A stretch of 52,219 nt of DNA, taken from contig NMRA01001125.1 in the NCBI GenBank assembly GCA_002633005.1, positions 1 to 52,219 on the forward strand. The letters are read 5' to 3'. The position numbers and the translations under genes are program-made. Source of the stretch: Phoronis australis. Its lineage: Eukaryota; Animalia; Phoronida. Below, in pieces: positions 36,401-47,772 of the stretch (the first letter of the stretch is position 1; every line of letters starts with the position of its first letter). Under the pieces are notes generated by a model, which was not told the DNA's origin, did not search any database, and saw only the letters and a list, made by a program, of their open reading frames with translations.

Positions 36401-39400
36401 TATGAGTTTATATATTTCGTTGGCTGTAAGTCAGAATTGGCTGCTTTTTGTCCAAGTACATTTCAATCTGTATTAAAAGTTACCCAAAATAAAGTCTTTG
36501 TTTAGATGGACGGATTCAGTATTTACTTTTTTCCAATGCTTGACAATCGTATTAATTAACAATGCAAGCGGGTATGTTGCCGTGTGGCGCGTCCATGGGC
36601 GGATCCAGGATTTTGAGTTGGGGGGGGCAGGGCAGAGTATTAGCCCGGATTTGGCCTGTCAGACACTGGCACTCACTCCCGAACTGCCCAATGGAATCTT
36701 AATTTTAGGGGGGCCATGGCCCCCTCTAAATCCGCCACTGCCGTCAAAACATACGAGGCACGAACTGATCGCTAGTGTTTCATTTTGCCGGTATTTTACA
36801 AACTAGTGGACGTATAGGTGTGAAATTTTCAAGGTGTTTTTGAAAAAAATGCGTTTCCATTAAAATCATAAAATATTGGAATATTTTGACTTATTAGTCT
36901 GAACCACGACTATGCTTTTTGAACACCCGTTCATGTATCGGTGGCGTTAAAAATGGCGAACATTACATTGTACGCAGTCGTTAGAATGGTGTTTCTCAAA
37001 AACCACCCGACGCATTAAGCATTGAAAACTTCACAAAAAATTGCAAACGAAATCAATATATTTTGAAAATGGTTAGAGGATGTTATAAGGATCCAAGAAG
37101 TACCTACCCCATAACTAATACACGATCTGTACTAGAAAAAAATTAAATGAACGCGCCACTCACGATTCGCACCCGAACAACCACCGCCATTTTGAACTTT
37201 CCGCGAACCTGGAAGTACAATTCATTCAGGAACCAAAGCTAAGAAAACGCTGTCAGTGTGAATGGACGAGTGCCTGTTACCAGCCTGAAAACGGGGATAA
37301 AATAATGGACAGCGCGCCTTAATTTTAATAAAATCAAAATACGGACAATTTTATCGAATTTGCTGAAGAAATGTGGGGAATAAATTTTGACAAATTATTT
37401 TTGCCGGACTCGGGACCGCAGCCTATTGGACCGGGTGCGGATCGAGATAAGACACTGGCCAACGGTAAAGGCATGCGGTTGCAAGCTGTTTTGTTGAAGT
37501 AAAATGTTCAAATCACAAATGCCGTATATATTCAGTTTCAGACATAAAATTACGGGCTGGTTAATCCTGTGTCACACTGCCGCGGCAGCCCTTAGCTAGC
37601 CTCAGTGCCAGCTACCAGTATGAAGTGACTACCGTCAAAATACAGCTAGCTTGTTAGTAGGCCCATACAGCTTTGGGCCTAGGCTACCCTACTTGGTCGC
37701 TGGCCACAGCGCTCGCTCAAACGAGGTTTATTTAGAAGTTGGGTACTTCTGGCGAACTATGCAAAGTTGTTGGCGTTCAACAGACATTTTCCCAGACTTC
37801 GTATGAGCGCACCAAGCTTAAAAAATGGGGGGGGCTGGAATTTTTGGGAATGTCTATCTTTGACTATAAGATTCACGGGTTATGTTCAGAGTTATGAATT
37901 TCAGACGCTAAATTTTGGTACTTCCTGTTTTCTAGTGGAATATCGTCCCGTTTTCTACTTTTTTCGGAGTTCGTGCTTCTCTGACAGAGGCAGACCTTTT
38001 TCCATTTATCCAAATAGGGGGCTCGTTCGAGCACATAAGTATGACAAGTCCAATACAAAATGTTATCATTTTTTATTCATTAAGCCAAAATGATTCAACC
38101 TTTTAACATAATAAGTAACTTAAAATGCACGATACTTTACAACATTTAGCATTACAAACACTATTCAACAGCAAAAGTTTCCACGATATGAAAGTGGACA
38201 TACATGTAACTATTACCATGGTGACCGAATAGTGTTTCCTTACAAAAGAATTTGACAAGCATGATTAAAAAACATGAAGTTGCAAGGAACAAGAATTGGA
38301 GGCTTGAAGCTTCACAATCCAACATAGCTTATTTCTCAAATTAAGATTATTCATATTGTTGACTTGATAACCTGAATTAAGAAGCAATAAGTTACAAAAC
38401 ATGACTTGAAAGCAATTGAGACTTAAAATGATAAAATGTTTATACCTGTGAAGTGCTTTCTTCACTTCTTCTTTTGACCCAGCAGAGGGAAATGAAACTT
38501 TCCGTTCCCCTAGCCCACTCCTCTGCAGGTCCTGCTTCTCCTGAAAGCTTGATGGTGGGGAGTCGGCATTTCTATCGCCAAAGACAAATATTGTCTTTAC
38601 GAAAGTACGACTTCTACCTTGAGCGCCTACAAACATTTGTCGTTATTGATATAAATAACTTCAAATGACTAACAATTAAACATATTTATCAACCTATAGA
38701 CACAGTCACATTCATTCCTTGATTTTAATCAAAAATGTTATATCACAGCAAAATTATTTATGTTATTAGATAGAGTTTTACTCTCCATATCGCAACAAAG
38801 CTTGGCAAGTTCAAAGCTTATTAATACGAAGTCAGGCTAAGGCTAGCACTGATAAATGTGCGTCTGCTTAAGGTATTCACTTACGGGCCTTTCGCAGAGT
38901 TAGTGCGGTAGACTATCATTCTTTCTCGATCACAAGAATTTTATGGGGTTTAGAACGGTCTAGATTTGGTACGGTACTCAAGTTAGTACACTCGAAAAGA
39001 CCGGACACTAAAGCCAGGGTACCCAAGTTGGTCCGATTACGTAAGCGCAATGCGAAAATTTGGTCCGGACTATTTCGTACTAACTTATCTCTCACTTCAC
39101 GCGAGAGCGGATTTCTTCCCGCCAGGATACTTACATTGCTTGTCTAAAACCCGGAGATTTGTCACGATTTGGGAGCGACGTACACTATTGAGTGATGCCT
39201 TTGGTATAGCGTGGGCGGCGCAGCAGTGAAAAAAGTGGATTGCTAAAGCCCCCCAGCCCCCTATGATAAGCCGCCGGCGTGTATAGTGTTTTGTTTCATG
39301 ACGCCGTCGGACTTTCTTGTTCCTAGGTTATTCGCGAATGCCCGCTGAGACGCAGACGATAATATTCTGGAGAGCGTGCAGTAAGCCTAGTTGTCCTAAA

Positions 39401-42400
39401 AAATCAGATTTTGCAAGTTACGTTGCCGCGTCATCTTGACGGACCACGTGATTTGGATTAATTTCTGGCCGCGAGTTAGTTACTGAACGCTTCTGTAAAT
39501 ATGTATTATGTGACATCAAAAACACGGACCCCCCAACTGAATGCTACTCCTTAATAAACGGAAACATATGTTCAAAGGGCGTCTCACGAAGGCGTAATGT
39601 TTGCCCGCAGTTGCAACTCTTTTTGTGCTTGCCAGATTCGGGCGCGCCGGCGGCTGCCTAATCAGTGACGGATCTAGGATACCATAAGGGGGGCCCAACA
39701 TCCGAAGATGTTGTCTCGGGGAAATTGGGCAAGGCGTTATTGTGTTTGCAGCAGAGGCCCGAAAGTTGCAGGGACCGGTTTTGTGACTTTCTGATCGAAA
39801 AATCTGCTATTGGACTAAAAAAAATCCCGCCNNNNNNNNNNNNNNNNNNNNNNNNNNNNNNNNNNNNNNNNNNNNNNNNNNNNNNNNNNNNNNNNNNNNN
39901 NNNNNNNNNNNNNNNNNNNNNNNNNNNNNNNNNNNNNNNNNNNNNNNNNNNNNNNNNNNNNNNNNNNNNNNNNNNNNNNNNNNNNNNNNNNNNNNNNNNN
40001 NNNNNNNNNNNNNNNNNNNNNNNNNNNNNNNNNNNNNNNNNNNNNNNNNNNNNNNNNNNNNNNNNNNNNNNNNNNNNNNNNNNNNNNNNNNNNNNNNNNN
40101 NNNNNNNNNNNNNNNNNNNNNNNNNNNNNNNNNNNNNNNNNNNNNNNNNNNNNNNNNNNNNNNNNNNNNNNNNNNNNNNNNNNNNNNNNNNNNNNNNNNN
40201 NNNNNNNNNNNNNNNNNNNNNNNNNNNNNNNNNNNNNNNNNNNNNNNNNNNNNNNNNNNNNNNNNNNNNNNNNNNNNNNNNNNNNNNNNNNNNNNNNNNN
40301 NNNNNNNNNNNNNNNNNNNNNNNNNNNNNNNNNNNNNNNNNNNNNNNNNNNNNNNNNCCCCCCCCCGTAAATCCGCCTATGCTAATACTCTGCTTCCCGC
40401 CATGTCGCACACTCGACGTTGTTGCTCTTTCCGTTTCAATACCCACTTTTCACTGAACAACGTTATAGTCAAACCTGGGAGTAATATGAACATAGTCCTA
40501 GAGCCAAACGTACTTTGTTTCAAAATATTAATAAAATTAGCATTGGTTGTCTGACATTGACCAATTACGATACATTGCGCGTAGCAACATCTCGTGTTTA
40601 GTACGATTTAAAACTAGGACGGCGGAATGTTAGTCCGGTCTAGTGAGAAAGGTAACAATCAATTTGGAACGGTAGGTTTTCTCGGTGATCTCAAATATGA
40701 AACAAGATTAAGCCAGTTAGGCATGTGCCCAAAAGACGCGCGCGCGAGAAAGGTAACAATCAATTTGGAACGGTAGGTTTTCTCTGTGATCTCAAATATG
40801 AAACAAGGTTAAGCCCGTTAGGCATGTGCCCAAAAGACGCACGCGCAACCGAAGGTGTCCCACACTACTGATTAGGGCTGTTTTCCGGCGATGCTGAGGG
40901 CGCTGAAGGCAAAAGAGACCCTTGTGTCATCTAGGTTTCTTCCAAACCAAGTTTTAGAAGACAGTTGGGAATAAACCTGCCCGAAAATCCTCAACGCCCG
41001 AATTCTTCAGCTTGTGACCGATGATGTCTAACGTAATTTATTATCATCGTTCATTCCTTGGTAATGCGGCCCGCGAGTGATATTGCGCAATACTTCGGGA
41101 ACGACGTACATGAAGTACCGGCTGTCAATTTTCAGCCACGTTGCCCGGGAAGCGAAGTAGAGATCCGCGTAGTTGTGTCACAGTTACTTTTGACGGCTAC
41201 TGTACGTGTTATCACAAATATAACGACCCAGCATGAAACACTTTTTCTTACAGTTTATCAAATTGTTTAATATTTTCTGGGTTTCTTAATTTTCCGACTC
41301 CCTGACTGACTAGGAGATACTATGTTTTCTTAGAACGGCAACAACTTGCAAAACAACATGGCAGACATTTTGTATAGTTTGGGACAGAGTGTAATAATGA
41401 ATTAAACATAGATAGTTTTTCATACAGACAGGTGAGGTAACTGCGGGGATGTTGTACACTGCTTAACATTTTCATCCCTTTATGGCAAATATAAGAGAAG
41501 GTAACTTACCTCTAGGTACACCCTGACTGGGTCTTGCGTATGGCTGAAACCTCGGAAACTGGCGGTCAACAGCTGTGCTCGATGACTACACATAATAAAT
41601 AAATTTATTGAGGACAATATTAGTCAGTATATTTTGATAAAATTTGAAGATTGATGTGATGAGGTAAAACTTTGCCCATTAAAAAATTGCATAAACACCT
41701 CAGAAATTTTGTCGGCAAACGTAACAGCTTATAACTTCTTCAGAAATACAACAGCTGTCAAGTACGCCTGAGGTACTTGTGCAATTTTTGGATAGACAAA
41801 ATGTATCTCAACACTCAAAGTTTAGTTCACCATTCACGTTTAGAAACGTTTGAAGATGATGCAATTTTGTTTCTCTACACTGCTTTTAAATCATTAACAC
41901 ATTAATTTAGCTTAACTCGTTAAAAACTAACATCTTAAAAACTGCAAAACGACATTTAGAAGAAATGGAAAAGACAGATGATATTACACGTGTTTTCCCT
42001 TGGTTCTGAAGATATTTGTTTTGGACCTATTTTATTAAACGGGTACAATAACCTTCACGTGTTCTTTTTTGAAAAGTACTCAATTTCAGTTTCCATGCAG
42101 TGAAATTGGGACACAGTCCCACGAAGAGTCTGGAATATATTGCTTTGCTGCTTTCTTAAAAGTTGAAATAGGAAAAAATGACTTGTTTAGACCAGTTGGT
42201 TTACTAAGATCGTGGAACTTCTCATGTGCACACCCATGAAATAATCTACTAATCTGTACTTTATTGCATGTACCATAATTCATTGTGGCAAATTCCTCTA
42301 TTGTGTAATGCATGCTTTTCAACAACTATGTTGCATGTTGCTCTGTCATTGGTTGTGTTATTTGTTTACAGTCTTGATACATGTACCTGTAAGTGTAATA

Positions 42401-45400
42401 AAGTTTGTAACGGAGGGGAGGTTAAAATTAAAGATCAGTGTTCTAATGCTCTAATCCCCACACTATTTCTGTCCCACGCAAAAACTGATAACACGTGAAT
42501 AAAATCAAAATTTCGTGTCGAATGTTTTGAGCTTTTCCGTTTGTTATGGCACTAGTACATTCATATACCTGTTGTACTCTGGGTGTTGGTCTAAACAAAC
42601 GCCGATGCTCATCCAATACTTGTTGCTGTTGATTTCCACCCTGTACCGGAAATTCAAAAGTTTAATCAACTGACAATATTACAATCTCGCTATATTAGTA
42701 GTAATGATGCTTATTTCAGAGTCGGTGAGGTTTAACAATGAAACATTACCACGAGTACTATGATCCCACAAATTAAAAACCTACGAACCTAAACTACAAA
42801 AACTTAACTACAAGCTAATTATAGAGTACAGATAAAATACAGAACATAAACATAAATATAAAAGTAAGTGTAACTGAGTATGTGTTACGGGGTGTGTAGA
42901 CATCTGTAGCAGTTCTCACAACAGCAGTTCACAGAGAAAAAATAATCAATTAAAGCAATATATTTTCTCATTGCCGGTTACAACCACCAAAAATTATTCA
43001 CCATTTTCTATTATTTTCGTACAACTGGAGAGTGGCACTCCGAGCCCGTAACGTATTTTGTCCCTAGTTGAAGTGCCTTTGTAGGCGGTCTCAACAGCGT
43101 GTAAAATTTCTCTCTCCGGCTGAGTGTGAAAATGTTTACTTGGTGAGATGCCAGTCTTGTGTCATAAAAATGTTTACTTGGTGAGATGCCAGTCTTGTGT
43201 CATAAAAATGTTTACTTGGTGAGATGCCAGTCTTGTGTCATAAAAATGTTTACTTGGTGAGATGCAAGTCTTGTGTCATAAAAATGTTACGTAAGCTAAT
43301 GTCTTGCCGACTCAATACGGGTGTCATTCAATAACATAAAACAAAAATTTTCTTTATGTACGGAACGCGTCCGCGTGAGCAGTAATTTGTTTGCTACTGG
43401 AAAAGGCTCGCCGGAGTTTGTTTTTGCAGTACGTGTTTCAGGGTGCTCCATCGAAACTGGAACCCCGGTGAAAACAAATATCCCGGAGTCGAAGGAGGAC
43501 TCCCGCGCCTTCAAAAAAGCTAACCATACCGGCAAATATGAACCACCTACCTTTATTGTATGAGAATTTTAGACAAACTTATGATGAATTGGCTTTCAAC
43601 ATTATTCTACTGCAAAAGTTATGGAGCGATCCCAGGGGCGGATCCAGGATTTTTTAAAACGGAAGATTTTCGTTGCCCATCTCGTAGTGTAACGCTGCGT
43701 TTTCCAAACGCAAACCATTCTTAATACTATTACATGGCCTTCATTTTTGAACAATGGATTACGTGAAACTTTTTGTTGGAATTGTATCACAAACCTAGTG
43801 CTTTTCAAGCGTACTTAACCATTTAGCTTTAAGGGTTTTCATTTTCATGACATTTGGTGCTTTATGCCGAATCTGTGTCTAAGGGCCACGAACTGCAATG
43901 TAATAATATTTCTATATACTTTTAAGACGCATAAGTCTTCGACCGGCACTTGACAAGCAAAATAGAACTGTTGGTCATTCCCAATGGAGTTCTCATACCT
44001 ACGAATGATTTCCCTTGAACACTAAGGGACTGTTGAATGTGTGGCGGGCATAATTTCACAAAAGACTGCTTCAATCTCTGTTAGATAAATTATTGGTCAG
44101 AACTAGGTAGCTTTTTCGTTGGGGCGTATTTTATGTAGGTAAAATGCGTGAGTTTGCATTTTGGCCTTACAGCTTTAATTCTTCCAGGACATAGTGAGGC
44201 AGGAAGGTTGCAATCATATTCTTGAAGGGTGGTTAGGAGCTCATGCGAAGCGGACACGCCGGTTTAGTGAAATCCGTCATCAAACAAAACGTGGGTGACT
44301 GGGTTGCGTCCGCATGGGGTACGGTGTGCACTTATTTCGTACAAATATAATACTAATTAAAATTGCTTTGACTGAAAACCAGACGTTAACATAACTATAG
44401 GAAAGACGTGAATGGAGACTTATGAGTTTAGGTACGTACAGTATACGCTTTTGCGCATGCCGCAAGTGTGGGTTACATTGTGTATGGACAAAATCCGAGG
44501 TGGTTCTTAGAGAAAAACGTGTGAGTTCAATATGATGTATTAAAGGCTACTGGTCTGATAGTATAACGACATAACATATAACATTCAAGTGAACCTATTC
44601 GACCAATCAGAATGTGCGCCAAATATAAAACTAACCAATGGGGAAACAGGAAATACCTAAGCTAAAAAATCACGAAAACCTGTCGTAAACACAATCCAAT
44701 AGCAATTAATTTTAATAAGGTCACCAATCATTACTGCTGGCCAGAGCAGTAGGGAAACTAATAAACCATGAAAAACTGTCATAAACGCATTCCAATAGCA
44801 AACGTTTTGTTAGAGAGTCACTAAAACACGCATGAACACATTTCAATACACAGCCATGCCTGCTGCTTGATCTGTTCGTACAAGATCCAAAGGAGTCCAG
44901 ACATGCACAGTGCATTGGTGGACATCGCGCCTCAAACCGATTCTGGTGCACGATTTAATCTCTGTTTCAACATCATTTACGGCGTAGATTCTTATGCACC
45001 GGCAAATGCCTCGATGCGTTCCAAGTGTTGGAAGTAGTGGAGCAATAAAAAGTGTGAATTTCTTCACCCGCTACGTTTTTAATAAAAGACACTTAGATCG
45101 AGATTTCAGCCCTCTATTTCCACATCCTGCTCCCATGAAAGTGCTTGCTAATTATTCGAAAACACGTTTCTGTAATATAGTGCGTCGCGTACTTGAATGT
45201 CGAGAAAGGCGTGTCGTTAACCATTCGCGGGTGCACTGCACGGATTCAATGTTCACCTGCCCTCAGTATTCGAGTCCCCAGACAGTTGTTACTGATCGCT
45301 ACGTATTCGGCTAAATGCCCATCAATATTTGGGTAAGCACACGTCATCGAGTTTTTAACATAAGCAACATTTTTTGTTGTTTTTTTAATTTTGTGGGTCT

Positions 45401-47243
45401 CTGTAATCATACGTTCTGCACTGTTTCTTTGATCAGCCATGTAGATGTAACAGCCGTTTTGTTGCTGTTTCCGGTATTTTGTTTGCCTTTCTTAAAATAT
45501 GAGCACAAGCGCGGTGTGACCTGACCATCATCCTTCATCCTACGAACACCACAAGATAGCGAACGGTGGTATTTCTAAGCTAAGGACGGTTTAAAATATA
45601 ATTATTTTTTTCATAGTCATAATCAGGCGAATACTAGAGAAGTAGACTAAGACGACTGTGCATCTGATATATACACATGTGCAAGCCATAGTAACAGCAA
45701 CAATAAACAGTCTATGAGTAACTGCAATCTAACACAGAATGGTATAAACAACATGCGACAGGTAATGCATTAACACCCCATTCACAAAGACAAACATGGC
45801 AAAAGATAAGTAACCTTGCTGACAAATATTAACCGTCTGGAAACCCCACGTTGCATTAACATTGACCAAATATATCTGTAGAATATCGAAATTGACTTGC
45901 AACAACTTAGTTAACACACAGTTACATACACATAATAATACACATGGTATTGAGCTATGGGTCCACCCAGCCATAAACTGGATCAAACCTAGAGTGAAAA
46001 GATGCCAAATCCATAAAATGTCTACCCATTCCAAATTTCACATAGAGACCCATTCAGTTACCAAATCCTGGTCAACGTCACCCCGTTCGGCGCTAAGCGC
46101 ATAGCTAATGGCGCAAAGCACTTCCCTTTTCCAATGCCCTTCAAATTTAATATGAATTATTCTCGGGCGATTTTCCGATTCGAATTACTGATAAGTCCTT
46201 AACAACCCAAGAAAATGAAATTTTACCAACTGACGAAGATTATTTAGGGAGAGGCAATTTTGTGCCACAGGCATAAACATTGCGAATCAATTGGATTGTG
46301 AGAAAATAACCAGAGTAATCACAACCAAGCTGCATAACAAGTATAAATATTAAATTTAGAAAAATCAACATAAAATAATGCAAACGCAGGGATATTGTTA
46401 ACGAAATATTTCGATGTCTTTCAGTTGACGAAAACTCAACTGTTTTCCAAGTTTTGGTTTAAAACTCAGAAATTAACTACTTAGTACATTACACGTACGT
46501 GTTTTTGTTTGAAACGCTCCTGAAAGCGCTCTAATAAATGGCCGTTGTGGTGATTCGCTTGCTTGCCGGTGAATTTAGCTCTCCCCCTCATAGTTTTACT
46601 TTCCGACATTTAAGCAGAAAAAATGGCTATTGATGAACACAAAACTCCATAACATTTTTATTTAGTGCACTGACGCACTGGTGTCCCCCGAAAGCATTGC
46701 GGCACTTCATGAATATCCAAGGCACTGCGGCTCAGATGCGGAAACACGTTCCCGTTTTTTTGTTTTTTGTTTTTTTTTTATCCTGAACAGCAGGTCTACG
46801 TCCTTGACCCCCGCAACTTTCGAGCCGCCAATACACATACAACAATGGCGCTTTGCCCAATTCCCCCTAGGATTTTGGCCGCCCCGCCCTTATGGCATCC
46901 TAGATCCGCCACTGACTAATGCGTGATTTTAAACTGGCGTGATAAAAATAAATACTTAATACGAACAATTGAATATCGCAAATGGAACTGTAAACACACA
47001 AGAACTCACCCTGTTGCCAAGTGCACCTGCAGTGCCTGAAACAACGGCGGAGCCGGAGGCACTGGTGGGTCTCGCATCAGTTGACGCTAAGTTTCCCGAC
47101 GTAGTGTCCCTCAGTGCCGAAGTAGCGGCCAGAATCCGCTGGGTCGGGGATTGTGTGTCAGGCTGGTTGTTGACATTTTGCAGCTGGTCAACTGCATCGG
47201 TTAAAAGACCAATGATATTTGACAACAGTTCTCTCTGTGACAT
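24482..47243 (-). CDS. G2E3-like HECT-domain E3 ubiquitin ligase (~741-749 aa, ~15 exons), second gene of the transposon
   Basis: Phase-consistent GT-AG chain: 47243-47010; 42640-42569 (EHRRLF); 41585-41510; 38626-38446 or 34188-34008; 33446-33164 (YPKL..YIRPIQ..CVWC-x11-H-x3-C); 66-nt exons 32846-32781, 31999-31934 and three more; 28585-28461 (or 30467-30367); 28196-27826 (GEVAEDVGGPRREF); 26971-26844 (SLIQGGPRPSFL..QFITG); 25297-25117 (FSPLGSVRRASEE); 24750-24482 (ILKFVTG..PTASTCSNILRLP..YFGLL*). AATAAA overlaps the stop. Confidence 0.87.
29045..32846 (-). repeat. Tandem ~310-bp exon+intron units, each with a 66-nt phase-0 exon (EYESASQHLLATTSAEETRESE)
   Basis: Exons at 29110-29045, 29429-29364, 29737-29672, 30994-30929, 31307-31242, 31615-31550, 31999-31934, 32398-32333 (acceptor GG instead of AG) and 32846-32781. 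Confidence 0.88.
30027..31900. other. Duplicate of ~28123-30025 (probable second haplotype joined at the single N 30026)
   Basis: Near-identical sequence with SNPs and small indels, including a 24-nt in-frame indel in one exon. Starts mid-exon directly after the N. Confidence 0.8.
34783..39229 (+). pseudogene. Second partial copy of the transposon interior: transposase 3' exons joined to HECT-gene exon 4, HECT domain deleted
   Basis: 34783-38302 matches ~20023-22874 (last transposase exon at 36125-36322). 38427-39229 matches 33989-34781. Confidence 0.8.
34986..35487. mobile_element. MITE with perfect 14-bp TIR ACAGGGCTTGGAAT
   Basis: ACAGGGCTTGGAAT...ATTCCAAGCCCTGT flanked by GTAG on both sides, with subterminal TTTCCGC repeats. 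Absent from the other copy at ~20220. Confidence 0.8.
40645..40846. repeat. Tandem duplication, 101 bp x2
   Basis: GAGAAAGGTAACAATC...AAAAGACGC(G/A)CGCGC starting at 40645 and 40746. Confidence 0.9.
43129..43289. repeat. Tandem repeat, 38-bp unit x4
   Basis: AAAAATGTTTACTTGGTGAGATGCCAGTCTTGTGTCAT repeated four times. Confidence 0.95.
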
Positions 47244-47491
47244 TGTCAGAAATTATTCTTGCTTCGATTTTGACAGCAGACTTTTACGCAACGAGCCGAC
47301 AACCGGGAGCTCAAACGCATGCGCACATGCGACACATTGGTTTCGTCCTCACGCTAACAAAATAGGATTGAATTCACGATAGGATAGAATACACGAAGTT
47401 ATTAGTTTCACCCATAGGCCGCTAGGATTGACGAAACAGGATTGAATTCACGACAGGATAGAATACACGAAGTTATTAGCTTCACCCATAA

Positions 47492-47772
47492 GCCGCTAGG
47501 ATTGACGAAACAGAATCGACGAAACTGGATTGAATTCACGAGACAATAGGATAGACGAAAGAGAATGACTAAACAACGTTGAATTCAGTAAACAGGATAG
47601 AATATACAAAACAGCATTGAGTTCACGATATAGAATCGACGAATGTGGATTGAATTGATGTAATAGCATTGAATACACAAGATAGGATTGAATTGTCATA
47701 CAGTTGGCATTGAGTTCATTAAATGGAATTGAATATACATTTTAATGTTTTTTGCATAAACGGCCGCCCATA
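47492..47772 (-). repeat. Right terminal inverted repeat
   Basis: The outer ~115 bp are a perfect inverse of the sequence from 16801 onward, with high similarity continuing to GCCGC at 47492. Adjoined by a 74-bp tandem duplication (47364-47511). Confidence 0.93.

Larger units (their letters stand above)
16801..47772 (+). mobile_element. Large TIR DNA transposon (IS3EU-like) carrying a transposase and a HECT E3 ligase gene
   Basis: ~280-bp terminal inverted repeats starting TATGGGCGGCCG and ending CGGCCGCCCATA. Integrase-core transposase begins inside the left TIR and the HECT gene inside the right TIR, convergent. No TSD seen (TACATG left, AAACTT right). Length is inflated by gaps and duplications. 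Confidence 0.85.

Noticed and set aside
44980-45150. Degenerate BED-finger-like fragment on the minus strand (SKHF..KCLL..CSTTSNTWNASRHL..H)
   Set aside because: It needs frameshifts, contains stops and has no linked transposase core. Too weak without a profile search.
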